A stretch of 64,000 bases of DNA from Candidatus Egerieisoma sp. GTDB taxonomy: Bacteria > Bacteroidota > Bacteroidia > Bacteroidales > UBA932. Below the pieces are notes generated by a model. That model was not told where the DNA came from. It did not search any database and was given only the letters and a program-made list of their open reading frames with translations. Shown here in pieces: positions 29,321 through 38,936 of the stretch (position 1 is its first letter; each line of letters opens with the position of its first letter). Location: assembly GCA_045531975.1 (NCBI GenBank), contig JAZSEZ010000052.1, forward strand, positions 34,870 through 98,869, read 5' to 3'. Made by a program: the position numbers and the translations under genes.

Positions 29321-29596
29321 TTACTTCTTGAACAATTCAGAATGTGATCCTAATCTAACTAGCTTTATAATATCAGCTTCCTCATCAAACCATATAAGTA
29401 AAAAGTCATTCTCTATATGGCACTCCATAAATCCCTTATAATTGCCTATTAAAAGATGTGGCTTATACTCATTTGGTACAGTTCCTGTCTCACGCAACAA
29501 TTTCACAACCCTCTCCAGACTATCCATCTTACGAGGATTGTTCTGGTACCTCTTCAAGTCCTTCTTAAATTGGCTAGTCAGCTTTATTATCTTCAT
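29321..29596 (-). CDS. type II toxin, YafQ/RelE family mRNA interferase
   Basis: Aligns by eye to E. coli YafQ: YKPHLLIGNYKGFMECHIENDFLLIW and the C-terminal RLGSHSELF. It overlaps the upstream antitoxin gene by 4 nt. Confidence 0.8.
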   Translation of the reverse strand: MKIIKLTSQFKKDLKRYQNNPRKMDSLERVVKLLRETGTVPNEYKPHLLIGNYKGFMECHIENDFLLIWFDEEADIIKLVRLGSHSELFKK

Positions 29597-29841
29597 AAGG
29601 ATTTCACAAAGCTTCTAAAATTATCCACATCAAGAGTTTCAAGTTCAACACCGCTTACAGCTTCTTTCATTGCAGCCAATGTTTCCTCGTTAGGCTCATT
29701 ATATGCAACCTCCATAAGAGTATATTCCACAAAATTATTCAAGCTCCTGTTCTCTCTTTTGGCAAGAACTTTAAGCCTTTCCAACAAATCCTCACTCAAA
29801 CGGAAGGTTGTAACTTTCTTTGCTGTTATAGTTGTTTCCAT
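29593..29841 (-). CDS. ribbon-helix-helix antitoxin
   Basis: Has the RHH-like segment TTFRLSEDLLERLKVLAKRENRSLNNFVEYTL. It sits immediately upstream of the toxin and overlaps it. Confidence 0.65.
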   Translation of the reverse strand: METTITAKKVTTFRLSEDLLERLKVLAKRENRSLNNFVEYTLMEVAYNEPNEETLAAMKEAVSGVELETLDVDNFRSFVKSL

Positions 29842-30002
29842 TATTATAATACTTTTAATTGCAAATATATATCATATGTAATACAATAACAAAAATTTTA
29901 CTCTTACGTTCTATTATTTGCCAATTTTAGAAGAATGCAAACTTTATTTGAAACCCAAAACATCATATCATTGAATTTCAATAAGTTATATCACCAACAA
30001 CC

Positions 30003-30036
30003 ACAAAAAAAGACACCTGCATTTGTGCAAGTGTCT
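30003..30036 (-). terminator. rho-independent terminator of the tRNA pair
   Basis: The minus strand reads AGACACTTGCACAAATGCAGGTGTCTTTTTTTG. Confidence 0.75.
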
Positions 30037-30049
30037 TAACTTTTTTTTG

Positions 30050-30123
30050 TAGCGCGACCCAGGATTGAACTGGGGACCTCATGATTATGAATCATGCGCT
30101 CTAACCAGCTGAGCTATCGCGCC
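30050..30123 (-). tRNA. tRNA with CAT anticodon (elongator Met, or Ile2 if lysidine-modified)
   Basis: The reverse complement GGCGCGATAGCTCAGCTGGTTAGAGCGCATGATTCATAATCATGAGGTCCCCAGTTCAATCCTGGGTCGCGCTA folds as a cloverleaf. It has a 7-bp acceptor, anticodon loop TTCATAA and T-loop TTCAATC. CCA is not encoded, and it lacks the three G-C pairs of an initiator anticodon stem. Confidence 0.85.
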
Positions 30124-30132
30124 AACATGTAG

Positions 30133-30203
30133 TTGAGATATTAGGACTCGAACCCAAACCGAAAGAGCCAGAATCTTTTGTGCTACCATTACACCATATC
30201 TCA
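30133..30203 (-). tRNA. tRNA-Gln (CTG)
   Basis: The reverse complement TGAGATATGGTGTAATGGTAGCACAAAAGATTCTGGCTCTTTCGGTTTGGGTTCGAGTCCTAATATCTCAA folds as a cloverleaf. The acceptor is TGAGATA/TATCTCA with U1-A72, the anticodon loop is TTCTGGC and the T-loop is TTCGAGT. Confidence 0.8.
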
Positions 30204-30250
30204 ATGAGTACCGTTCCTTTCCGAACAGGTTGCAAAGGTAGGTATTTTTT

Positions 30251-32230
30251 TTAATTCTCCAAATTTTTATTGCCTCTTTTTTCTAAATCATCATAAATTT
30301 TTTGCAAATATGCCTTTCCGTGCTCCAGAGCGAGGGTATCGGGTAGATTATTTGAGTATATTTTTTTTGCAACATTATCAAAAACTACCTCTCCGGAGTC
30401 AGTTACTACCCCAAAAGCATCGGGAACAGTAAAGAATGCAAAATGGGGATTTGACGGATTAAGGATATCTTTACTGAATGCAAATTCGGTATGCGACAAC
30501 CCCAACTGCCCCAACAATGTGGCAGCAATATCTACCTGGGAACCCAATGCATCAACTCGCTCCCCTCTGCAAGCCAAAGCCTGGCCGTAGAAAATCAAAG
30601 GAATCTTGTATCTTTCTACAGAAAATACATCCAAATCTACCGGATACTGCATTGCGTGGTCCGGGACAAATACAAAAAGGGTATTCTCCCAATAAGGTGT
30701 CTCCTTATACCTGTTCACAAATACCTGCAGGCAACTGTCGGTATATGCTATTGAATTCAGCCGCTCATCTTCCAACCGCCCAAACCCCGGCACCTCAAAC
30801 GGCTCGTGGCTGCTGGAGGTTTGAATCACTTTCAAAAACGGCTCCTTCTCTTCCCCAGCCTCAAGTTGCGAGGCAATTTTATCAAACATAACATCATCGT
30901 GCGCCCCCCATTTGCTCAATTTTTGCGAAAGTGGAAAATCCGCATCACTTATAATATTCTCAAACCCCATAGCTGTAAGGTAAGAGCGCATATTTGTAAA
31001 GTTTGCATCGCCACCATAAATGTACTGCAAATCATATCCGTTGCGGGCCAAAGCACCAGAAATAGATGGCAACGACTGGCTTTTGCGGGGATATTTCATA
31101 ATGCTGTTGGTGGGCTGTGCCGGATAACCGCTCAGAATAGAGACAATTCCCCTGTCGGTACGGAAACTGTTGGCATAAAAATTTGTAAACAGCACCCCAT
31201 TTGCCCCAAGGGTATCCAAATTCACCGCAACCCCCTCAATCCCCCCAAGAGTCCCCATTGCTTTGGAAAGAAAACTCTCCAGAATCACAATCACCACATT
31301 AGGTTTCCCAGGTTTCACCAACTGCTTTCTTCCCGACAATTCCTGTACCACTCCTGCCTCATCAGCCTCCGCAGCCACTTCAATTGCATCAGCATCAATC
31401 AGGCCACCTTGAAGCAAAGTGGAAGATGCTGTACTATCGGGAAGAGAATTGCCCTGCGGATGGTGGTTCTGCAATGAAACATCCTGCATCCTGGCAAAAA
31501 GCTCATCAGCCCTGTGGGGAGGAAGATATCTGTATTGGGTGGCAAAAGAGGCATCCCTGGAGAGGGATTCCAACAGGCTGAAACAAGGGTTTATTGCAGC
31601 GTGGTTCAATCTCATATTCTGACTGTAATACACTTTTCCGGTATTTAGGGTGGCCACTGTAAAGCCCCCTCTGATTGGGAGGAACAATGCTCCGGCAAGG
31701 AGTACAAGGGATACGGTTTTCCAAACCTTGTTAATTACAGGCCTCCCGTCAAACTTCTCTACAAGGAACTTGCGGCAAAGCCACCAGAAAACATATACAT
31801 ACACCCCCAAATCCACCGCACCGGCCAGCATCATCCCAAAGGTTGCACTTGCAAAGGCATCTTTAGGACTTGATTTGAGATAAAACAGCGGAGTGGAATC
31901 AAGGCGGAACCCCCAATGCTGGTACAAAGCCAAATCAGCTACAAAAATTAACCCCAGCAGCACCGCACAAAAGATATAGTACCCTCTGAAAATATAATTG
32001 AGGGCCTTACTTCTCCACCACACACTTGCAATAAGGAGCAATGCAGGTATTGCAGTAAGGTAACCTGCAATTGCCGCATCTAACGGAAGGCCGTGCAGAA
32101 CCACATCTGCAAAATCCGAGAAACCGCACTCATTGTAAAACTCCTTGTAGTAATAGAGCCAGAATACAACTTTCTGTACCACACAGAAAAGGAAAAACAG
32201 TATGTAATGTTTGAAGAAACGCCAGATCAT
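30251..32230 (-). CDS. LTA synthase / sulfatase-family membrane protein (phosphoglycerol- or phosphoethanolamine-transferase-like)
   Basis: Has an N-terminal multi-TM region and a C-terminal alkaline-phosphatase-superfamily domain (VVIVILESF...FYANSFRTDRG). The ATG at 32230 is preferred over the listed TTG at 32260. Confidence 0.65.
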   Translation of the reverse strand: MIWRFFKHYILFFLFCVVQKVVFWLYYYKEFYNECGFSDFADVVLHGLPLDAAIAGYLTAIPALLLIASVWWRSKALNYIFRGYYIFCAVLLGLIFVADLALYQHWGFRLDSTPLFYLKSSPKDAFASATFGMMLAGAVDLGVYVYVFWWLCRKFLVEKFDGRPVINKVWKTVSLVLLAGALFLPIRGGFTVATLNTGKVYYSQNMRLNHAAINPCFSLLESLSRDASFATQYRYLPPHRADELFARMQDVSLQNHHPQGNSLPDSTASSTLLQGGLIDADAIEVAAEADEAGVVQELSGRKQLVKPGKPNVVIVILESFLSKAMGTLGGIEGVAVNLDTLGANGVLFTNFYANSFRTDRGIVSILSGYPAQPTNSIMKYPRKSQSLPSISGALARNGYDLQYIYGGDANFTNMRSYLTAMGFENIISDADFPLSQKLSKWGAHDDVMFDKIASQLEAGEEKEPFLKVIQTSSSHEPFEVPGFGRLEDERLNSIAYTDSCLQVFVNRYKETPYWENTLFVFVPDHAMQYPVDLDVFSVERYKIPLIFYGQALACRGERVDALGSQVDIAATLLGQLGLSHTEFAFSKDILNPSNPHFAFFTVPDAFGVVTDSGEVVFDNVAKKIYSNNLPDTLALEHGKAYLQKIYDDLEKRGNKNLEN

Positions 32231-32282
32231 ATAAAAACTTATTGCATTGTAACTCTGCAAAAATACGCAAATTCTTCAATCA

Positions 32283-35249
32283 CTACATCATATTGAACAT
32301 TGCACTTGTGGCGCTGCGGTTTTTGGCCGTATTCATTTTTCCAAAATTGAATGTAAGACTTACAAGAAAATGTCTTCCTATAATGTTTTTGTACGTATCC
32401 TCTACATAGTTTGCGGTTGTATTGCGGCTAAAGCTGCTTGTCTGGTTAAGGATATCATTAACCTTCAGTCCAAAAGTAAAAGCCTTAACCGTTTTATAAG
32501 CCTCTATATTCCAACTTAATGCCGGCTGGCCAAACCCGTTGGTATACCCTCTGTAAAAGCGGTAGCCCAAATCACTTATAAAACTGAATTTGTTTTTGGT
32601 GTCATATTGCATTGTACAGTAGGTATAGAAATTCCAGGCCTCCACATTGGCATTCTTGTTAATGCTGTAGTTTGTTTCTGTATATGTGGCACTGCCCCCT
32701 ATCCTTCCTGTAAAACTTTCAGTTTTATACTTTATGCTTCCACTAGTGGTAACAGATGTACTAACAGTCTTGCTCTCTTCAAACCCGCTTTGCCCACTAT
32801 AAAATTTGCTTCCCTGTGAATTTCCCCAGAACTCATTCATAAAATCTGAATAGTTGAAAGTATCCAAATCAATGCTTGCCCCCTGTGCAACATTCTGATA
32901 ACTGTACGACAAAGAGTAAGACACATTTGCATTTAATCCAAATGTAAGACTCCTCTCCTTGTTTAGAGGAATGCTGCCGCCACTGGCACTTAGAGATACA
33001 TTATTGCGCCCTTTCCTTGAGTTTACCGGCACATTGTACTGTACACCCTCATTATCAAACCAGTTGGCATAAACTACCCCATTGCTGGTATTGATTGCAT
33101 TCATATAAACTTGCCAGTAACTGAAATTCTTCTTGTTGTTGTAACTGTACAACATCCACAAATCATTTGTAAACGGAGTTTCAAGATATATGTTTCCAAT
33201 GGTAATATATACCGGATTGGAGATATTTGGCACAGGGGTAATCTGGGAATTGCCCAACGCCGATGAACTGCCTGAGTAGTTTATATTCAAGTTTGCCCCA
33301 CTTTTAAAGCCGTTCCTGAATCTGAGGAAAGGTGCCCAGTTCCACAAATACTCCCCCTTGCCGGTTGTTTGGGATATTCCGTACGATTTGCTGTAGTTCT
33401 CATTGTTTACAGCCTCTGCTGTAGCACCAAACTGCAAAGTGATTTTATCCTTGCTGTATTGGGAAAGGAGCTCTCCACTGTTCCTGAAATATCTGTAATT
33501 GGAAACAGAAGAGTAATAATCATCAAATATCTTATAATCCCCCTTATCTCCAAACCAGGATGTAAATGTCTCCTCCCCATAAGGGCGGGTAAAGGCATCA
33601 CTTGTAACATCATTAACCCTAAGGTTACTCCCCAAAGCCACACTTATATTCCACTGTTTGCCTAAAGGCTCCACATACTTCACATTGGCTTTATAACTGA
33701 AGCTCTCCGTACGGGATTTATAATAAAGATCCTTTATGGCATTTTCCCCGGAGTTATAATACAGAATATTGGAATACTCCTTGCTTTGGGAATCATCATT
33801 GGAAATGGAGTAGTTTGCATTAACCGTAATGCTCCTCTGCTCCTTGCCCAGATTCTTTAAAGTAAGATAGAACTCGGTCTTGTGCATAAAATAATCAGAC
33901 TCCAGATAACTCCTTGTATCCGACTCATTCATCATATCCCCATCCTGTGAAGTCTGGTTGGTGGTACGGGAATCCCTTTTCACTTTAGTATAATTGAACT
34001 TGGGGGCAATCCTGGCATATACCTTTTTCTGGTTGGTATTTTTCAACTCCAAACCAACATCAAGCAAATCATCCCTGTAGTTATCGGTATACTCAGAGTT
34101 TGACAGTATGCTTGATGCATCACCCTGGAAAGTGTTCCTTTGGGAAACTTTCTCAGATTCAATCAGATTCCCCTTATAGTTTGCAGTTGCGGTGGAGTTG
34201 AACCCCTTAATTCTGGTGGTATTCAAATTGGCACCCAACTGTCGGGAAGATGTAAGACCTCCTGTTGGGCGGCTCTTGCCTCCCTGCTCATCCCCTCCAT
34301 ACATCACCACAATATAATCTCCTGTCCCCATATTTGGGGTGTTGAGCATATTCCCGATGAATGTTACCTGGTCTTTCTCATTGTATCCCGATAGCATCAC
34401 ATTGCCATTGTACATAAAATCCTTCCCACCAACCAGCATACCTGCTTTAGAACTCTCAGGTGCAATTGGGGCACCTGCAGCCAGTTTGGCATTGCCGAAC
34501 CACCCCTGTTCATACTCCTTTTTAAGGGAGATATCCATCTCTTTGGCTTGGGTGGAAGCCATATCTGAAATACCGGTACTCTTCTCTGTATCAGACTTGT
34601 AGTCTGTAATTTTTATTTTGTCTACAATTTTGGCCGGAAGATTCTTTACCGCCATAGTAGGGTCATCAAAGAAGAAAGTTCTGCCGTTTACAGTAATCTT
34701 GGAAACTTTCACCCCATTCTGGGTAACCTCTCCGCTGCTTGAAACCTCAACTCCGGGCATCTTCTTAAGGAGCTCCCCAAGTACGGCATTATCTGCAGTG
34801 CGGAACATTGAGGCATTGTATACAATGGTGTCCTGTTTTACCTCAATTGCGTTTCCAACTGCTGTAACCTTTGCAGCCTCAAGCATTACCATATCTTCCA
34901 CCATCTTTACAGTACCTATATCCACTTTAGAGTCTCTGAAATAGAAAGACTTCTTAAAAGGCTTGTACCCAAGAAACTCTGCTGTAAGGTTATAATTACC
35001 CCTTACAACTTTTTCAAGGACTGCTGTTCCACTTGTATCTGTAAGGTTAAAGTACATGATTGTTGTATCACCTTTGGGCTGCAGATACACTGTAGCCATA
35101 ACCAGCGGCTCATTGGTAAGAGAATCCAACAGGCGTATCTTAACATCAGATTCTGGGTTACGGAACTGGTCTGCAGAGATTATTATCTGCGCATCAAGAC
35201 CTGTGGCAAACAAAATGCCCACAAAAAGAAATAGAAACAATTTTTTCAT
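32283..35249 (-). CDS. outer-membrane beta-barrel protein with N-terminal carboxypeptidase-regulatory-like domain
   Basis: Has a signal peptide, a CarboxypepD_reg-like segment (VRGNYNLTAEFLGYKPF), a plug-like region and a long Y/N/S/T-rich beta-strand region. Confidence 0.6.
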   Translation of the reverse strand: MKKLFLFLFVGILFATGLDAQIIISADQFRNPESDVKIRLLDSLTNEPLVMATVYLQPKGDTTIMYFNLTDTSGTAVLEKVVRGNYNLTAEFLGYKPFKKSFYFRDSKVDIGTVKMVEDMVMLEAAKVTAVGNAIEVKQDTIVYNASMFRTADNAVLGELLKKMPGVEVSSSGEVTQNGVKVSKITVNGRTFFFDDPTMAVKNLPAKIVDKIKITDYKSDTEKSTGISDMASTQAKEMDISLKKEYEQGWFGNAKLAAGAPIAPESSKAGMLVGGKDFMYNGNVMLSGYNEKDQVTFIGNMLNTPNMGTGDYIVVMYGGDEQGGKSRPTGGLTSSRQLGANLNTTRIKGFNSTATANYKGNLIESEKVSQRNTFQGDASSILSNSEYTDNYRDDLLDVGLELKNTNQKKVYARIAPKFNYTKVKRDSRTTNQTSQDGDMMNESDTRSYLESDYFMHKTEFYLTLKNLGKEQRSITVNANYSISNDDSQSKEYSNILYYNSGENAIKDLYYKSRTESFSYKANVKYVEPLGKQWNISVALGSNLRVNDVTSDAFTRPYGEETFTSWFGDKGDYKIFDDYYSSVSNYRYFRNSGELLSQYSKDKITLQFGATAEAVNNENYSKSYGISQTTGKGEYLWNWAPFLRFRNGFKSGANLNINYSGSSSALGNSQITPVPNISNPVYITIGNIYLETPFTNDLWMLYSYNNKKNFSYWQVYMNAINTSNGVVYANWFDNEGVQYNVPVNSRKGRNNVSLSASGGSIPLNKERSLTFGLNANVSYSLSYSYQNVAQGASIDLDTFNYSDFMNEFWGNSQGSKFYSGQSGFEESKTVSTSVTTSGSIKYKTESFTGRIGGSATYTETNYSINKNANVEAWNFYTYCTMQYDTKNKFSFISDLGYRFYRGYTNGFGQPALSWNIEAYKTVKAFTFGLKVNDILNQTSSFSRNTTANYVEDTYKNIIGRHFLVSLTFNFGKMNTAKNRSATSAMFNMM

Positions 35250-35294
35250 AACGGTAGTCTTTCCTCACCAATATGCCATAATGGTGCCAGAATT

Positions 35295-36626
35295 TTATTT
35301 TAACGGTTCTTTCCCCTCCTGCATAAACAGCTCCTCCTTAATGAAGGCTATTTCCTCCTCCACAAATTTCCATATAGCAGAACCCTGCTTGCCAACTTTA
35401 AGATACTGGTTGTAATATTTCATTGCATTGTCGTAATCTTTAAGACGCCTGTATGCATACCCCAATGCGGAAAGCTGTGTTGGCTGCAATTCCCCATACC
35501 TCTGTGCAACCTTAAGCTGCTTTACAGCCCTGTTGAACTGGGCAGAATTGACAAACACCTCCCCCTTTGTGGAGTTTATCTTGTACATCATTGTAGAATC
35601 GGGCTGCAACATAGACTCCGCCAAATTCAGATACCACTCTGCCGTTTCATAATATTGTGACGACTCCTTTGAATAACACACCCCTATATAATAAGGTATG
35701 TTCACATCAGAGGAATCAAGCCGCATTGCCTTTTTGAACCATTTCCTTGCGTCACGGTATTCCTTATCCATAAATTTGCTCAATCCCAAGTAGTAGCATC
35801 CAGACAGCGAATCGCATCCATACTCCAAACTTTTAAGGAATGTCCTGTAGGCACCCTTGTAATCCTGCAACCCGTATTGGGCCAGCCCTTTGATAGGATT
35901 TATCACATAATTTGCAGAGTCTCTTTCAAGATAATTTTCTGTAAGGGTAAGGACTGTATCATACATCTCCCTTTTCAGACAGATATTGGATATTTTCTCC
36001 AGTGTGGAGTAGTCATACGGATTCAGATTGTAGGCCCTCCCGTAATATACCAGTGCAGAATCTCCCATATTCATTCTGTTGAAACTGTTACCCACTGTTA
36101 TAAGTATATTTGGAATGGTATCCATTTGCAGTATCTCCTTTCCCTCAAAAATACATTTGCCGAACTCCTCCATTTTGTAGTTGAGCAACATCTTCTGAAT
36201 TCTCAGGAACAGATTGCCTGGAGCCATACGTACAGCATTGTCATAAAATATGTATGCTGCAACATTGTTTCCTGAGAGTCTGTGGCACTCTGCAATATTT
36301 GCAAAAGTTATGGCATCTTCCCCTCCGGTTTGCAGCGCCTCATCCAATGTATTTATAGCCTGTGTGAATTTATACAGGTTCTTCTGGCAAGTTGCTTTAT
36401 GCAGCAGCAGTTCTTTCAGCTTCTGTGACTCTTTTGCGTATATGGTTGAATCCTGCGCAGTATTCAGAATACTGCGGAGAGAATCCAGTTGCGGCTCCAG
36501 CAGTTCTATTGCCTTTGAATAATTGTACTGGTCCATTGCCACCTTCCACTGCGGGGCAGTTTGCTGCGCCCTGGCTATTGTTCCAAATACAAGGAAACAT
36601 AAAATTATTGCAGACAGTCTCTTCAT
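35295..36626 (-). CDS. tetratricopeptide-repeat protein, secreted
   Basis: Start is taken at MKRLSAIILCFLVFGTIARAQ. It has repeated 34-aa A/Y/L patterns (AYIFYDNAVRMAP, YYGRAYNLNP, LGYAYRRLKDYDNAMKYYNQYLK). Confidence 0.7.
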   Translation of the reverse strand: MKRLSAIILCFLVFGTIARAQQTAPQWKVAMDQYNYSKAIELLEPQLDSLRSILNTAQDSTIYAKESQKLKELLLHKATCQKNLYKFTQAINTLDEALQTGGEDAITFANIAECHRLSGNNVAAYIFYDNAVRMAPGNLFLRIQKMLLNYKMEEFGKCIFEGKEILQMDTIPNILITVGNSFNRMNMGDSALVYYGRAYNLNPYDYSTLEKISNICLKREMYDTVLTLTENYLERDSANYVINPIKGLAQYGLQDYKGAYRTFLKSLEYGCDSLSGCYYLGLSKFMDKEYRDARKWFKKAMRLDSSDVNIPYYIGVCYSKESSQYYETAEWYLNLAESMLQPDSTMMYKINSTKGEVFVNSAQFNRAVKQLKVAQRYGELQPTQLSALGYAYRRLKDYDNAMKYYNQYLKVGKQGSAIWKFVEEEIAFIKEELFMQEGKEPLK

Positions 36627-36882
36627 AGTATTTGCCGTTTGTTTATTGTAAAGATACGCATTTTTCAAGCCGTTTCTCCCCCTGCCTCACCTGTTGCGGT
36701 ACGCAACTGAAGAAATCCCGCTCAGAACACACTGCACAAAGGTTTTAAAGAGTTCTCACAGTCAAAAGTTTCGGTATTTATACATAAAAAAGTGGCGCAC
36801 TTTAAAGTCCACTGGTGGCACATATGAAGTGGACTTGTTTTTCTCCACGTGTTAGAGTATCTTTGAATGGATAATAGAGTAT

Positions 36883-37527
36883 ATGGAAAACAACAGTTTG
36901 AACAATAACCTTGCGGCTCAGGTGGAGCAGGTAAGAGTGGATATGCAGGAGATTGCCACAACGGGGCAGTATCCGGTGGTAACTTTGCTCAGAGGATATG
37001 ACTTATTGGAGAGGCTTGGTGACTGGGAGAATGTGGAGTATAATCTCAAGCAGTACGGGCAGGAGGAGATTGTGGCGTTTGAAGATGCGGTAAAAAATTA
37101 TCGGGAAGAATATATTGCAAATGGGGAACAGTTGTATGCTGTTATGGATGTGGAGCAGATTAAATTGAAGTGTGCGGCATATATGAGTCCGTGGGTGAGG
37201 CTTTATAAGGAGGCAAAGGGGGAGTTGGAAAAGGCAACTGCTTTATGGGAGATGGCTAAGGTTGCACATCAGGCCCAACTGGAGGGCGGATTCTGGGAGA
37301 AGTGGCGTACTTTAAGGGAGGTTAGAAAGATGGCCGGATTCCGTTTGGAACGCAAACGTACCGGGAATTTTGTAACCCGTACGTTTGACCTTATGCAACA
37401 GGCTCAGGCAAAGGCCAGGGAGGCGGAACTTAAAATGTATGAGCACAATGTGGCTTATAAATGTTCTCCCAACACCTATTTGAAAATTTTTGAGCTTTTA
37501 TCTGAGAAATACACTAACAGACAATAA
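36883..37527 (+). CDS. hypothetical protein
   Basis: A 214-aa ORF with coding-like composition, no recognisable motif and no signal peptide. Confidence 0.45.
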   Translation: MENNSLNNNLAAQVEQVRVDMQEIATTGQYPVVTLLRGYDLLERLGDWENVEYNLKQYGQEEIVAFEDAVKNYREEYIANGEQLYAVMDVEQIKLKCAAYMSPWVRLYKEAKGELEKATALWEMAKVAHQAQLEGGFWEKWRTLREVRKMAGFRLERKRTGNFVTRTFDLMQQAQAKAREAELKMYEHNVAYKCSPNTYLKIFELLSEKYTNRQ

Positions 37528-37545
37528 AATTTAAAACAGACAGAT

Positions 37546-38835
37546 ATGAAACTTACAAAACTTTTTGCTACGGCATTGTGCGCAGTACTTTTGGCATCTT
37601 GCGGAAAATCTGGTTTTGAGACCGTGGGTGTTGCCCAATTTAAAGAGATTATTAAAGATCCTGCTATTGCACTTGTAGATGTGAGAACCCCGGCTGAATA
37701 TGCAGAGGGTCATATTGAGAATGCAATGAATATTGATGTATGGGATTCTCTTTTTGTAGAAAATGCAGTAAAAGCTATACCTGAGGGGAAAAAAGTTGCA
37801 GTTTATTGCAAAAGCGGAAAAAGAAGTGCAGATGCAGCTGGCAAATTGCAGGAGAAAGGGTATGAGGTTATTAACCTTGATGGTGGATTCATTGGATGGA
37901 ACGAGTACAAGCATAAGAGAGATTATGTTATTGTAATCCACGGTGGTGCAGGCAATATTGCCAAAGTTGAGAAGGATTCACTTAAGGCTGCCCAATATTA
38001 TGCGGCTCTTGATTCAGCCCTTATGGCCGGCAGTGTTGTTCTTGACAACGGCGGAGACGGTCCTAAAGCGGTTATGGCTGTAATAAACTATTTGGAGAAC
38101 AATCCTCTTTTCAATGCCGGTAAAGGTGCAACCATTACCAATGAGGGTACATTTGAACTTGATGCCTGCATTATGGAGGGTAAAGACCTTTCTGCCGGAG
38201 CAGTGGCAGGTGTAAAAACCATCAAGAACCCTATTAACGCAGCTTACGCTGTAAAGACAAAATCTGAGCACGTGCTTTTGGCTGGTGAGGGTGCAGATGC
38301 CTTTGCTGCTGAGCAGGGATTGGAGATTGTTGACAACAGTTACTTTGTATCCCCTAAAACAATGAAATGGGTAGCAGAGCTCGCTAAGAAAAGCAAGAAA
38401 AACGGTACTGTAGGTTGTGTAATCTTGGATAAAGAGGGCAATCTTACTGCAGGTACCAGTACTGGTGGCAGGTTCCGCAAACAGTGGGGCCGAATTGGTG
38501 ATGCTCCAATTGTGGGTGCCGGCACATACGCCGACAACAACTCTTGCGCCGTTTCCTGCACAGGTCACGGAGAGTATTATATCCGCCACGCTGTAGCGTT
38601 CAATATGACAGCCCGCTACAAATATCTTGGAGAGTCACTTGAAGAGGCTGCAAAATACATCATCCACACAGAACTTAACTCAGAAGCCGGTAACGGCGGA
38701 CTTATTGCTGTAGACAAAGACGGCAATATTGCAATGGAGTTCAACAGCACCGGAATGTACAGAGGTTACCTTTATAAGAATGAGGGAACATCTGGTGTTG
38801 TAAGCAAAGTGGGTATTGGAGAGAACTTAAAATAA
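37546..38835 (+). CDS. lipoprotein fusing a rhodanese domain to an isoaspartyl peptidase / L-asparaginase (Ntn hydrolase)
   Basis: Has the lipobox LLASCG. The rhodanese part reads VDVRTPAEYAEGHI...VYCKSGKRS...GGFIGW. The asparaginase_2 part has VIHGGAG and the Thr nucleophile context KKNGTVGCVILD. Confidence 0.75.
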   Translation: MKLTKLFATALCAVLLASCGKSGFETVGVAQFKEIIKDPAIALVDVRTPAEYAEGHIENAMNIDVWDSLFVENAVKAIPEGKKVAVYCKSGKRSADAAGKLQEKGYEVINLDGGFIGWNEYKHKRDYVIVIHGGAGNIAKVEKDSLKAAQYYAALDSALMAGSVVLDNGGDGPKAVMAVINYLENNPLFNAGKGATITNEGTFELDACIMEGKDLSAGAVAGVKTIKNPINAAYAVKTKSEHVLLAGEGADAFAAEQGLEIVDNSYFVSPKTMKWVAELAKKSKKNGTVGCVILDKEGNLTAGTSTGGRFRKQWGRIGDAPIVGAGTYADNNSCAVSCTGHGEYYIRHAVAFNMTARYKYLGESLEEAAKYIIHTELNSEAGNGGLIAVDKDGNIAMEFNSTGMYRGYLYKNEGTSGVVSKVGIGENLK

Positions 38836-38861
38836 CAACATACCGGGCTTATCAAACAAGT

Positions 38862-38898
38862 AGAGGCTGGACCAACAATCCAGCCTCTCTTCTTTATT
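38862..38898 (+). terminator. rho-independent terminator
   Basis: AGAGGCTGGACCAACAATCCAGCCTCTCTTCTTTATT. Confidence 0.75.
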
Positions 38899-38911
38899 AT
38901 CAACTTGTTAT

Positions 38912-38936
38912 AAATTAGGACAACGTCAAAATTTTA
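38912..38936. repeat. solo copy of the inverted-repeat arm seen at 3702-3731
   Basis: AAATTAGGACAACGTCAAAATTT matches AAATTAGGACAACGTCACAATTT at 22 of 23 positions. It again abuts the TAA stop of a minus-strand gene. Confidence 0.75.

Noticed and set aside
30050-30123. The tRNA-CAT as initiator tRNA-fMet.
   Set aside because: The 1-72 pair is a normal G-C-type closing pair. The anticodon stem (CATGA/TCATG) lacks the three consecutive G-C pairs of bacterial initiators. It is therefore elongator Met or Ile2, which cannot be distinguished from sequence alone.
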